This document shows positions 27,778 through 36,592 of a stretch of DNA of 64,000 nt, in pieces. Position numbers and translations under genes: made by a program. The stretch is from Thermoplasmata archaeon. GTDB lineage: Archaea; Thermoplasmatota; SW-10-69-26; JACQPN01; JAJPHT01. The notes under the pieces were generated by a model. It searched no databases. It was given only the letters and a program-made list of their open reading frames with translations, and was not told where the DNA came from. Each line of letters starts with the position of its first letter. Within the stretch, counting starts at the first letter, position 1. The stretch lies in contig JAXDQU010000079.1 in assembly GCA_034667685.1 (NCBI GenBank), positions 33,891 through 97,890 on the forward strand, in the 5' to 3' direction.

Positions 27778-30700
27778 ATGGCGTGGCGCAACCTCGTGCG
27801 CCGCCGCGCGCAGACGGCCATCGTGCTCGCCGGGCTTCTGGTGGGCACCGCGGTCGTGACCGCCTCGCTCACCGTGGCCGACAGCCTGCGCTACGGCATC
27901 CGCAAGGCGACGTACGATGGCCTGGGCCCCGCCGACGAGTTCGTGCAGCTCGCCGGCCAGCGCTACTTCCCGCAATCGGCGTACGGCGCGCTCGCCAACG
28001 ACAGCGCCCTGAGCGCGGCGAGCCATGCGCTCTCGCCCGTCGTCATCGACGTGGGCAGCGTCCGCGACGCGCGCACGCGCGAGACCGAGCCGGGCGTCGG
28101 GCTCGCGGGCTTCGACGCCAAGCTCGACGCACCCTTCGGGATGCTGACGCTCACCGATGGCCGGCGCGTGGACGGCAGCGCGCTGGGCCCGAACGACGCC
28201 TACCTGCGCGAGGACGTGGCCCGGCGCCTCGACGCCAAGGTGGGCGACACGCTGGTCGTGGGCGTGCAGCAGGCGGGCCTCCCGCTCACCGACCTCTCGT
28301 ACCCCGTCTCGGGAAGCATCAGCGGCGCGGGCGCGGGCTGCCCGACGGCGCCCGTCCCGGTCCCGAACCTGCCCGTGCAGCCGCCCTGCGCGTACACGCC
28401 CGACCCGGCCGACAACACCAGCTACACGATCCCCGTGGCGCGCGGCGCGGCGCTCATCACGATCCTGCTGGAGCCCATCGGGCCCGAGGACTCGCCCACG
28501 CGCCCCGACCTTGATATCATCGCGACCTCGCCCAGCGGCAACCGCACCGCGGCCACGGGCGGAGCGCCCGGCTCGCCCAGCGACCCCGCCGTCCTCCGCA
28601 TCGAGGGCAACCGCTACCTGGAACGCGGCAACTGGATCGTCCAGGTCACGACGAAGGGCGGCGCGGCGGGCAAGTTCACGGGCGCGATCTTCGTCTCCTA
28701 CGCGCAATACGACGCGACCGGCAGCGGCGCGGGCGAGGGCGCGACCGTCGTGGGAGACGCGGACGCGAGCGCGTACCTCGCGGTGGGCGCCAGCAGCGCC
28801 GCGCACGCCAACCTCACGCTCAAGGGCATCGTCACGCGCGAAGGGAAGGGTGCCTTCCTGGGCACGACGGGCCTCTTCGTCGGCCTCGCCACCGCGCAAT
28901 CGCTCGTGGGCCAGCCCGGCATGGTCAACGCGGTCAAGATCAGCAACGCGCACGACGCCGCGCCCCCGACGCAGGCCGCCACGCGCGTGCTCGACGGCCT
29001 GCGCGCCGCGAACCCGGACGATCCGGTCTACGATCACCTCGCGGTCGCGCCCGTGAAGGCGCAGGGGCTCGCCGCCGCCGAGCAGGAGAGCAAGTTCTAC
29101 CGCGACTTCCTCGCCGCCGTCTCCACGCTGACGCTCCTCGCGGGCGCGCTGCTCGTCGTGCACGTCTTCATCCTGCTCGCCGCCGAGCGCAAGCGCGAGC
29201 TGGGCGCCGCGCGCGCCATCGGCCTCCAGCGGCGCGACGTCGTGCTGTCGTTCACGATCGAAGGCTTCCTCCTCGCTCTCCTCGCCGCGGCGGGCGGCGT
29301 GCTCGTGGGCGTCGCGGGCGCGGGCGGCGTGCTGCTCGGCTTCGACTACATCCTGAGCGCGGTGGGCACGAACCTCGGCACGTTCGTGCTGCACCCCGAG
29401 GCGCAGAGCCTCCTTCTCGCCGCCGCGCTGGGCTTCGGGCTCACGCTCGCCGCCGCGGCCGGCGCCTCGTGGCGCGTGGGCGGCATGAACCTCGTGCGCG
29501 CGCTGCGCGGCCAGGAAGATGATATCACCGCGCCGCGCCGCTCGTGGACGGGCGTCGCGGGGCTCGCCGTGCTGGGCGCGCTCTCGCTCGCGGCGGGCCC
29601 CTTCGCGGCGCTCGCCTTCGGCCCCGCGTGCCTGATCGGGATCCTCGCGCTGCTGCCGCGCCGCGCGTGGGCCCTCGCGCTGGGCGGGCTCGCGCTGCTC
29701 GTCGAGGGCGCCCTCTCCATCTTCCTCCTGACGCCGCCGGCCGACGCCGCCGGCCGCGTGATGGGCGTCCTGCGCGGCGTGCCCCCCGCGCTGGGCCTCG
29801 CGCTCCTCGCGCTCAACACCGACGCCCTCGCGCGTGGCGCCGAGCGCGCCCTCTCGATGGTGAAGCGGCTGCGCCCCACCGCGCCCCTCGCCGTGCGCTA
29901 CCCGTTCCGCCGGCGCGGGCAGACCGGCCTCACCGTCTCGATGTTCGCCTTCGTGACGCTCGTGCTGGTCTTCTTCAGCATCTTCGGCACGACGTTCGCC
30001 CTTGATATCAACGGCGAGACGGGCGGCTACCACGTCTACGCGACGACGGACGCGCCCTACAGCGACCTGCGCTACGCCTATGACTTGCTGCCCGCGGCGG
30101 CGCGCGACCCGTACGCGCTGGCGAACGTGACCGTCCAGGACCCGTTGCTCGTGGCGACCGTGCCCGGCGGCGACCTGCTGATGCTCGACCACGCGCGGCC
30201 GCACTACAAGGGCGCGCCGGTGGACCGCGTCTACGCGACGCTGCCCGACTTCCCGCGCCGCGAGCAGTTCGCCTTCGCCGAGCTCGACCCGCACTATCCC
30301 AACGGGAGCGCGGCGTTCGAGGCGATCCTCAAGGACCCGACGCTCGCCATCGTCAGCGTCGCGTACACGCTCGACGAGACGGGCAATCCCGGCGCGCACC
30401 ACGTCGGCGCCGACCTCGACCTGCGCCTCGCCAGCGGCGAGAAGCACCTGCGCGTCATCGGCGTCATGAAGGAGCTGTACCTGGGCGGCGTGTGGGTCAA
30501 TCCGCTCGTGTTGCGCACCGGCTTCCAGAGCGTGCAGGGCGCCTACCTCCTGCGCACCGCGCCGGGCCACGATCCCGCCGAGGTCGCGCGCCAGCTCGAG
30601 CGCAGCTTCGACGGCACGGGCCTGCACGCGGTCGACCTCAAGACCGAGGCGGGCACCGTGCTGGAGGAGAACGAGCAGTTCCTCCGCATGTTCCAGATGT

Positions 30701-31080
30701 TCCTCGGCTTCGGCCTGCTCGTGGGCATCGCGAGCCTCGCCGTCGTCTCCGCGCGCAGCGTGCTGGAGCGCCGCCCGCACATCGGCGTGCTGCGCGCCCT
30801 GGGCCACACGCGCGTCTCGATCCTCACGTGGCTCGTGGGCGAGTCGCTCCTCGTCACGATCCTCGGCACGCTCGTGGGCGTCGCGGCGGGCTCGCTGCTG
30901 GCCTTCGGCGTCTGGTTCACCACCGTGCGCCCCGTCATGGACGTGCCGTTCAGCTACTCGTACGTCGTGATCCCGGTGATCCTGCTGATCACGTACGGCG
31001 CCGCGGTGGCCGCGGTCTTCCTGCCCGGATTCCTGGCGACCCGGGAAAGCCCGGCCGGCATGGTCAGGCGCGTGGACTAA
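27778..31080 (+). CDS. FtsX/MacB-like ABC transporter permease with two FtsX 4-TM modules and two large extracytoplasmic domains
   Basis: Start at MAWRNLVRRRAQTAIVLAGLLVGTAVV (internal Met of ORF 27628). Two FtsX repeats at about residues 470-600 and 980-1100. Confidence 0.8.
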   Translation: MAWRNLVRRRAQTAIVLAGLLVGTAVVTASLTVADSLRYGIRKATYDGLGPADEFVQLAGQRYFPQSAYGALANDSALSAASHALSPVVIDVGSVRDARTRETEPGVGLAGFDAKLDAPFGMLTLTDGRRVDGSALGPNDAYLREDVARRLDAKVGDTLVVGVQQAGLPLTDLSYPVSGSISGAGAGCPTAPVPVPNLPVQPPCAYTPDPADNTSYTIPVARGAALITILLEPIGPEDSPTRPDLDIIATSPSGNRTAATGGAPGSPSDPAVLRIEGNRYLERGNWIVQVTTKGGAAGKFTGAIFVSYAQYDATGSGAGEGATVVGDADASAYLAVGASSAAHANLTLKGIVTREGKGAFLGTTGLFVGLATAQSLVGQPGMVNAVKISNAHDAAPPTQAATRVLDGLRAANPDDPVYDHLAVAPVKAQGLAAAEQESKFYRDFLAAVSTLTLLAGALLVVHVFILLAAERKRELGAARAIGLQRRDVVLSFTIEGFLLALLAAAGGVLVGVAGAGGVLLGFDYILSAVGTNLGTFVLHPEAQSLLLAAALGFGLTLAAAAGASWRVGGMNLVRALRGQEDDITAPRRSWTGVAGLAVLGALSLAAGPFAALAFGPACLIGILALLPRRAWALALGGLALLVEGALSIFLLTPPADAAGRVMGVLRGVPPALGLALLALNTDALARGAERALSMVKRLRPTAPLAVRYPFRRRGQTGLTVSMFAFVTLVLVFFSIFGTTFALDINGETGGYHVYATTDAPYSDLRYAYDLLPAAARDPYALANVTVQDPLLVATVPGGDLLMLDHARPHYKGAPVDRVYATLPDFPRREQFAFAELDPHYPNGSAAFEAILKDPTLAIVSVAYTLDETGNPGAHHVGADLDLRLASGEKHLRVIGVMKELYLGGVWVNPLVLRTGFQSVQGAYLLRTAPGHDPAEVARQLERSFDGTGLHAVDLKTEAGTVLEENEQFLRMFQMFLGFGLLVGIASLAVVSARSVLERRPHIGVLRALGHTRVSILTWLVGESLLVTILGTLVGVAAGSLLAFGVWFTTVRPVMDVPFSYSYVVIPVILLITYGAAVAAVFLPGFLATRESPAGMVRRVD

Positions 31081-31316
31081 CGCAGGACCCACGCGCCCGC
31101 GACGACGCCGCCCACCACGAGCACGCCGCCCGCCGGTGCGTTCCACGCCGACGCGACGGCGCCCACGCCCAGCAGGGCGAGCCCGACGGCGGCGCGCGTG
31201 CGGCGCGGGACGATCATGCCCCGCCCTCGGCGCGGAGGGGCGCAAGACGCCCGCGGCCAGCGGACCTCGTGCGATAAGCACCACGGGTTGAAGCCCGGCC
31301 GGGCCGCTCGCCCCGC

Positions 31317-32303
31317 ATGGAACGAGGCGGGGGCCTGCTGTACCTGTGGCGCCTCTCGCGCCCCGAGGTCTGGCTCGTCACGATCATCCCGATGCACGTG
31401 GGCTGGCTCCTCGCCTCGCGCCAGATCGTGCCGGGCTTCGCTCAGTGGGCCGCGTTCTGGGCGAAGGCCTCGCAGGGCGGCGCCACGAGCGCGGACTTCC
31501 TCGCGACGCTCGCGGCGTGGTGGGGCGACGCGCGCGGCTGGGTCCTCGCCGCGATCGCCATGGGTCCCCTGGTCTGGCTCGCCACGCTTTGCATCAACGA
31601 CGTGCACGACCTGGAGAGCGACCGCGCCAACCCGCGCAAGGCGTCGAGCCCGCTCGTGCAAGGCGTCGTCTCGCGCGGCTGGGCGCGCGCGTGCGCGTAC
31701 CTCGCCGCCGCGGCCGCGCTCCTCGTGGGCGCGTTCGCGGGGCTCGCCTTCGACCTCCTTTTGCTATCGTGCCTCGTCCTCGCGTGGCTCTACAGCGCGC
31801 CGCCCGTCCGCCTCAAGACGAAGCCGGGCGCCGACGTGCTCGTCAACGCCGTGGGCGTGGGCGCGCTGGCCGCGCTCGCCGGCTTCTCGCTTGCCGCGCC
31901 GCTCTCGCAGGCGCCCTGGCCCTTCCTGCCGCAAGGCCTGCTCGTCGCCGCGGCGGTCTACGTCCCCACGACGATCGTGGACCTGGAGCCCGACCTCGCG
32001 GCCGGGTACGCGACGTTCGCCCCCGCGCTGGGACGCGAGCGAGCCTACCGCGTCGGCTTCGCCTGCTGGATCGCCGCGAACCTCGGCGCCGTCGCGCTCA
32101 GCGCCTCTGATATCATCCTGCCGCGGCGCATGCTCCCCCTGCTCCTCGTCTTCGCCCCGCTCCTCGTCTGGGAGTACCACCAGTTCATCGGCAAGGCGCG
32201 CGACGCGCCCGCCATGATCCAGGGCGTCATCCTCTGCTCGCTCAGCTTCGCCGCCGTCAACGCGCTCTGGGCCCTCATGTGGACCGGGCTGTGGATAGGT
32301 TGA
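31317..32303 (+). CDS. UbiA family prenyltransferase (MenA-like)
   Basis: NDVHDLESDRANPRK is the UbiA Asp-rich motif. Nine TM helices. Confidence 0.8.
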   Translation: MERGGGLLYLWRLSRPEVWLVTIIPMHVGWLLASRQIVPGFAQWAAFWAKASQGGATSADFLATLAAWWGDARGWVLAAIAMGPLVWLATLCINDVHDLESDRANPRKASSPLVQGVVSRGWARACAYLAAAAALLVGAFAGLAFDLLLLSCLVLAWLYSAPPVRLKTKPGADVLVNAVGVGALAALAGFSLAAPLSQAPWPFLPQGLLVAAAVYVPTTIVDLEPDLAAGYATFAPALGRERAYRVGFACWIAANLGAVALSASDIILPRRMLPLLLVFAPLLVWEYHQFIGKARDAPAMIQGVILCSLSFAAVNALWALMWTGLWIG

Positions 32304-32527
32304 TATCGGAGGCCAACGGCCCACCGAAGGGCGTATCCTCCCGAAGCGCCGAGGCGCCAGCATGACGCGCAGGATGGAGGACGCGCTGGTCGCCAGCGCC
32401 ATCGGCCTGCTGCTCTTCGCCGCGCTCTGGAACGCGCCCGTCGCCGCGCTCCTGAGCATCCTCGTGCTCGCCTGGACGCTGGCCCGCGAAAGCACGCGCG
32501 GACGCGCGAGGCCGAAGGGTTAGCGCC

Positions 32528-32698
32528 CGCGCATCTCCCACGTCGTCTTCTTCACGAACGCGTCCATGGAGCCCTTCCGCTCGCACCCTTTTTGCGCGAG
32601 CGCGCAGCGCTCGCGCAAAAAGCGCGCCCGGAAAGCGGGCTACTTGCCCCGCATCTCCCACGTCGTCTTCTTCACGAACGCATCCATCGAGCCCTTCT
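32528..32698. repeat. Direct duplication of about 50 bp of the FadB-like gene's 3' end, flanking a perfect palindrome TTTTTGCGCGAGCGCGCAGCGCTCGCGCAAAAA
   Basis: cgcatctcccacgtcgtcttcttcacgaacgcgtccatggagcccttc occurs at 32528-32577 and again, with one change, at 32649-32698 where it is the true C-terminus. Confidence 0.65.
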
Positions 32699-34556
32699 GG
32701 TCCTCGGTCGCAAAGCACTGCGACACCGCTTCGAGCTCGTAGGCCAGGCCCGTGTTGAGGTCGACGTCCAGGCCGCGGTTGACGCTCGCCTTGGCGAGGC
32801 CGACGGCGACGGGCGCGTTCTTCGCGATCGCGTTCGCGAGCGCCATCGCGCGCTTCATGAGCTCGGCTGCGGGCACGACGTCGAGGACGAGCCCGAGCGC
32901 CTTGGCCTCGGCGGCGTCGAAGCGGCGCGCCGTGAAGATCAGCTCCTTGGCCTTCTGGGGCCCGATGAGGCGCGGGAGGCGCTGCGTGCCGCCGAAGCCG
33001 GGGTGGATGCCCAGCGTGACCTCGGGCAGCGCGAAGAGCGCCTTGTCCGAGGCCAGGATGATATCACAGGCGAGGGCCAGCTCCAGCCCGCCGCCGAACG
33101 CGAAGCCGTTGACCGCCGCGACGACGGGCTTGCCGCACAGCTCCAGCTCGCGGATGGCGCGCTGGCCCAGCTCGGTGAAGCGGCGCGCGTCGGCCACGGT
33201 CTTCGTCGCCATCTCCTTGATGTCGGCGCCCGCGATGAAGGACTTCTGCCCCTCGCCGGTCACGACGAGCACGCGCACCTCGGGGTCCGCGGCCGCGGCC
33301 TGCACCTGCTTCTGGAAGTCCATGAGGACCTTGTTGTTGAGCGCGTTGAGCGCGTCGGGCCGGTCGAGGGTGAGCACGCCGACGTGCCCCTCCTTCTCGA
33401 AGCGCACGAGCGGCAGGTCCCACGGCGCGTTCGCGGCGCCCAGGCGGCGCAGCTCGGCCGCGACCGGGAAGCTCGCGCCCCACTTGGCGTGCAGCTTCTC
33501 CACGAGCGCGAGCGCCCGCTTCGTGCCCATGGCGTTCATCATCGCGAAGGGGCCCTTGGCCCAGCGCAGGCCGACCGTCGCGCCCTTGTCGGTGTCCACG
33601 GCGGTGGCGACGCCCTCCTCGACCAGGCGCGCCGCGATGCCGAACGTGACGCCGAGCAGGCGCTCCTGCACCGCGACGAACTTCGCGGGGTCGGGCGTGC
33701 CCGCGAGATCCCAGTTGGCCTTCGCGACCTCGACCTGGTGGACGAGCTTCGCCGCGGGCGCATACGCCTCGCCGAAGCCCTGGTGCAGCGTGCGCTCGGC
33801 GTGCAGCGAGATCGGGACGCCGGTGACGTTCATCAGCTCGAAGGGACCCATCGTGATGCCGAACGCCTCCTTCGCCGCGGCGTCGATCGTGCTGATATCA
33901 GCGACTCCTTCCTCCAGCAGCCGGACGGCCTCGTTGACCCACGGCACGAAGAAGCGGTTCACCGCGAAGCCGTACGCGTCCGCCGTCGGGATGGGCACCT
34001 TGCCGATCGCGCGCGTCACCTTCACGAGCGCGTCCGTCGTCGCCGCGTCCGTCTCGCGCCCCGCCACGACCTCGACGAGCTTGTTGACCGCCGCCGGGAA
34101 GAAGAAGTGCATGCCCCCGAACTGGCGCGGGCGGTCGGTCGCCGCCGCGATGTCGGACACCGCGAGCGAGGACGTGTTCGTCGCAAAGATCGCGCCTGGC
34201 TTCGCGTGCCTCGACGCCTCCGCGAAGACCTCCTTCTTGACCTTCAGGTCCTCGAAGACGGCCTCGATCACGAGGTCCGCGTCCTTCACCGCCGCGTGCA
34301 GGTCCGTCGTGCCATTCAGCCGCGCCATGATCGCGTCGACCTCCCCCGCGCTCTGCTTGCCCTGCTCGACGCGCTTGCGAAGCGGGCCCTCGATCCGTGC
34401 CCGCCCCTTCTCGACGAGCTCGGGCTTGACGTCCCGCATCTGCACCTCGAAGCCGGCTTGCGCGAACGCCTGCGCGATGCCCGACCCCATGTTGCCCGCG
34501 CCCAGCACGGCGACCTTCTGGATGGCCATGCGGCGCGCAAGGCGGACGGGGCTCAT
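32640..34556 (-). CDS. Fused 3-hydroxyacyl-CoA dehydrogenase / enoyl-CoA hydratase (FadB/FadJ-like)
   Basis: N-terminal NAD-binding VAVLGAGNMGSGIA, C-terminal crotonase FIAGADIKEM. Start taken at MSPVRLARRMAIQKV. The upstream 54 codons of ORF 34718 run through the 9-mer repeat array and are likely non-coding. Confidence 0.85.
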   Translation of the reverse strand: MSPVRLARRMAIQKVAVLGAGNMGSGIAQAFAQAGFEVQMRDVKPELVEKGRARIEGPLRKRVEQGKQSAGEVDAIMARLNGTTDLHAAVKDADLVIEAVFEDLKVKKEVFAEASRHAKPGAIFATNTSSLAVSDIAAATDRPRQFGGMHFFFPAAVNKLVEVVAGRETDAATTDALVKVTRAIGKVPIPTADAYGFAVNRFFVPWVNEAVRLLEEGVADISTIDAAAKEAFGITMGPFELMNVTGVPISLHAERTLHQGFGEAYAPAAKLVHQVEVAKANWDLAGTPDPAKFVAVQERLLGVTFGIAARLVEEGVATAVDTDKGATVGLRWAKGPFAMMNAMGTKRALALVEKLHAKWGASFPVAAELRRLGAANAPWDLPLVRFEKEGHVGVLTLDRPDALNALNNKVLMDFQKQVQAAAADPEVRVLVVTGEGQKSFIAGADIKEMATKTVADARRFTELGQRAIRELELCGKPVVAAVNGFAFGGGLELALACDIILASDKALFALPEVTLGIHPGFGGTQRLPRLIGPQKAKELIFTARRFDAAEAKALGLVLDVVPAAELMKRAMALANAIAKNAPVAVGLAKASVNRGLDVDLNTGLAYELEAVSQCFATEDQKGSMDAFVKKTTWEMRGK

Positions 34557-34570
34557 GGCGTTTTCCGGCC

Positions 34571-34683
34571 GCCAGGTGGGCCAAGTGGCGCCACGTGCGC
34601 CAGGTGGCCCGCATGGCCCACCTGTGCCACCTGGCCCACCTGGCCCACCTGGCGCACCTGGCGCACCTGGCGCACCTGGCAGA
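34571..34683. repeat. Palindromic array of 9-bp units: (CCAGGTGGS)x4, centre, then (CACCTGGCS)x7
   Basis: gccaggtgggccaagtggcgccacgtgcgccaggtggcccgcatggcccacctgtgccacctggcccacctggcccacctggcgcacctggcgcacctggcgcacctggc. It lies between the FadB-like start and tRNA-Cys. Confidence 0.75.
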
Positions 34684-34872
34684 ACAATCCTCCAGCCGGG
34701 TCCCGGCGCTTCGTGCAAGCGGCGCGTCAGGGGGTCCAGGGGGCCGCAGCCCCCTGGCGCGGGGGTGCAGGGGGGCGCGTAGCCCCCCTGCCACGGAGTG
34801 CCACGCCGAGGCGGAGTCGGCGCGCCAGCGCCGACGCAGCACGAGGCGTGGCACGAAGTGCGGGAAGAAAAA

Positions 34873-34944
34873 AGCAGGGAGAGGGGATCGAACCCTCGAT
34901 CTTCAGATCTGCAGTCTGACGCCTAACCGCTCGGCCATCCCTGC
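34873..34944 (-). tRNA. tRNA-Cys (anticodon GCA), no encoded CCA
   Basis: GCAGGGATGGCCGAGCGGTTAGGCGTCAGACTGCAGATCTGAAGATCGAGGGTTCGATCCCCTCTCCCTGCT. Perfect 7-bp acceptor stem, anticodon stem TCAGA/TCTGA with loop CTGCAGA, T-arm GAGGG-TTCGATC-CCCTC. The D-stem appears to be only 3 bp. Confidence 0.75.
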
Positions 34945-35383
34945 GGGGTTGGTGGGGCGGCGGACGCCGTGAGCCGTATTTCAGGGTTTTGGACGACCCG
35001 GGCTGGCAGGTCCGGCCCGCTCCCCGTCGCGCCTTCACGGGCGGGGGGCGTGTCGGGTGGTCGCGGTTGGAGCGCGCGCCTCCGGGGAATCGGACTTGGA
35101 CGATGTTGGAGGTATCTTCCTGTTCCTGAAGCCACCCAGAGGAGCCCACGTCCCGGCGTGCGACCGTCGGGACACGGGCGACCGCGCGCTCCAGCCGCGG
35201 CCGCGGGCCTGATTTGCGTGCGACGCAAAAAGGAGTCGGCTCGCGGGGGGCGAGTAACGTGGAGGTGTTGCGTGATTGTCGGCATCGCTCCATTGAGCGC
35301 TCTCCGAGGGCAGCCGATCGACCAGCCGGGGAGCGAGGCAAGGTGGCGCTGCAGAGAAAGCGCAGGCGTGGCGAAGGGGCGCC

Positions 35384-35905
35384 ATGCGTTCGCTCGAGCC
35401 GTCGCTTTCCCAGGGTCCGCGCGCGGACATCTACCGCACGGTGGCCCGCGTGCCCGGGGCGCACCTGCGCGGCATCGAGCGGATGACGGGGCTGCCGCTC
35501 GGGCAGGTGCTCTACCACCTCGATCGGCTGGAGCGGATGGGGCTCGTGACGTCGGCGCGCGACTGGGGCTTCCGGCGTTATTTCCTGGCGTGGGAGATCG
35601 ACCGGCGCGAGAAGAAGGTGCTCGGCGCGCTCCGGCACGAGGTGCCGCGGCGGGTGCTGCTGGCGCTGCTGGAGCGGGAGCCGCAGGCCCACAAGGATCT
35701 CCAGGCGGCGGCGGGCGTGGCGGGCAGCACGCTTTCGTTCCATCTCCAGCGGCTCGTGGCGAGCGGCGTGCTGCGGCGCGAGCGCGAGGGCGTCTCGCAG
35801 CGCTACAGCCTGGCGGAGCCCGAGCTGCTGCGGCGGGAGCTGCTCGCCTACGGCGCCAGCTTCGAGGACCCTCTCGTCGACCGGTTCGTGCGCGATCATT
35901 CGTGA
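35384..35905 (+). CDS. Winged helix-turn-helix transcriptional regulator (ArsR/TrmB-like)
   Basis: Two wHTH-like segments (IYRTVARVPGAHLRGIERMTGLPLGQVLYHLDRLERMGLV; LLALLEREPQAHKDLQAAAGVAGSTLSFHLQRLVASGVL). Confidence 0.6.
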   Translation: MRSLEPSLSQGPRADIYRTVARVPGAHLRGIERMTGLPLGQVLYHLDRLERMGLVTSARDWGFRRYFLAWEIDRREKKVLGALRHEVPRRVLLALLEREPQAHKDLQAAAGVAGSTLSFHLQRLVASGVLRREREGVSQRYSLAEPELLRRELLAYGASFEDPLVDRFVRDHS

Positions 35906-35914
35906 GGCGTACCC

Positions 35915-36592
35915 ATGCGCTTTTTCCCCGGCCCGCCCGCGTGGGGCCTGGGTGCGCCCCTGGTCCTCGGCGATGGCACGTACGTGAGGGACGGCCTCTC
36001 CGCGATGGTGGATTTCCTGCATCGCTACGCGGCGCCCACCGGCGCGCGGGGCAGCGTCCTCCTGATGGCGGGGGGCCTTCTCGTGCTCACCTTCCTCTTC
36101 ACGGCGTTCCTCTTCCGGAGCACGATCGTGGGCGACCTGGCGCCCGTGGCGAACGCGCGCCGCCCCCTCCCCCGTGCCCGGCTGCCCGGCGAGCGCCCGC
36201 GCGCGGCGGCCGGTCCCGCGCGCGCGACGCCGGTGCCCTTCGACGCGGCGCGCAAGCTGGGCCACGAGAGCGCGACGGGGCTCGACGAAGCCTTCGACGA
36301 GCTGGCGGGCATGGGCGTCGAGGCGCGCATCGTGCAGAGCCGTGCGACGCAGAAGCTGGTGCGCCTCTACGCGTGCGCGTCGTGCGCGCAGGGCGGCGCG
36401 GGCATCTCCGGGTGCGAGCATGAGCGTGGCCTCGTCGCGGGCGTCTTCGAGCGCCTGAGCGGCGAGCTCGCCAAGGTCGAGGAGGTCGCGTGCGCGGCGC
36501 GCGGCGCGCCCCACTGCGAGTTCGAGGTCCGCCACGCGCCGCTCCTGCGCATCCGGCCCGTGGCGCGTCGTGGCGGGAGGGCGCGCGCGTGA
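35915..36592 (+). CDS. V4R (4-vinyl reductase) domain protein with an N-terminal TM segment
   Basis: C-terminus LVRLYACASCAQGGAGISGCEHERGLVAGVFERLSG...CAARGAPHCEFEV matches the V4R Cys pattern. Confidence 0.6.
   Translation: MRFFPGPPAWGLGAPLVLGDGTYVRDGLSAMVDFLHRYAAPTGARGSVLLMAGGLLVLTFLFTAFLFRSTIVGDLAPVANARRPLPRARLPGERPRAAAGPARATPVPFDAARKLGHESATGLDEAFDELAGMGVEARIVQSRATQKLVRLYACASCAQGGAGISGCEHERGLVAGVFERLSGELAKVEEVACAARGAPHCEFEVRHAPLLRIRPVARRGGRARA

Noticed and set aside
31077-31217. 46-aa hydrophobic peptide (MIVPRRTRAAVGLALLGVGAVASAW...) on the minus strand after the permease gene
   Set aside because: It could be a small membrane protein, but it is too short and unsupported, so it was left unannotated
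27481-31284. 1267-aa minus-strand ORF and other very long ORFs (18696..21065 -, 20883..23672 +, 36367..38397 -, 5037..7655 +, 32592..34919 +)
   Set aside because: They run antisense or out of frame to well-supported genes. Their Arg/Ala/Gly-rich low-complexity translations are typical of stop-poor frames in 70% GC DNA
34571-34683. Possible CRISPR array (regular 9-bp repeats)
   Set aside because: The units are contiguous with no spacers and are only 9 bp. There are no cas genes. It is a microsatellite or palindromic array
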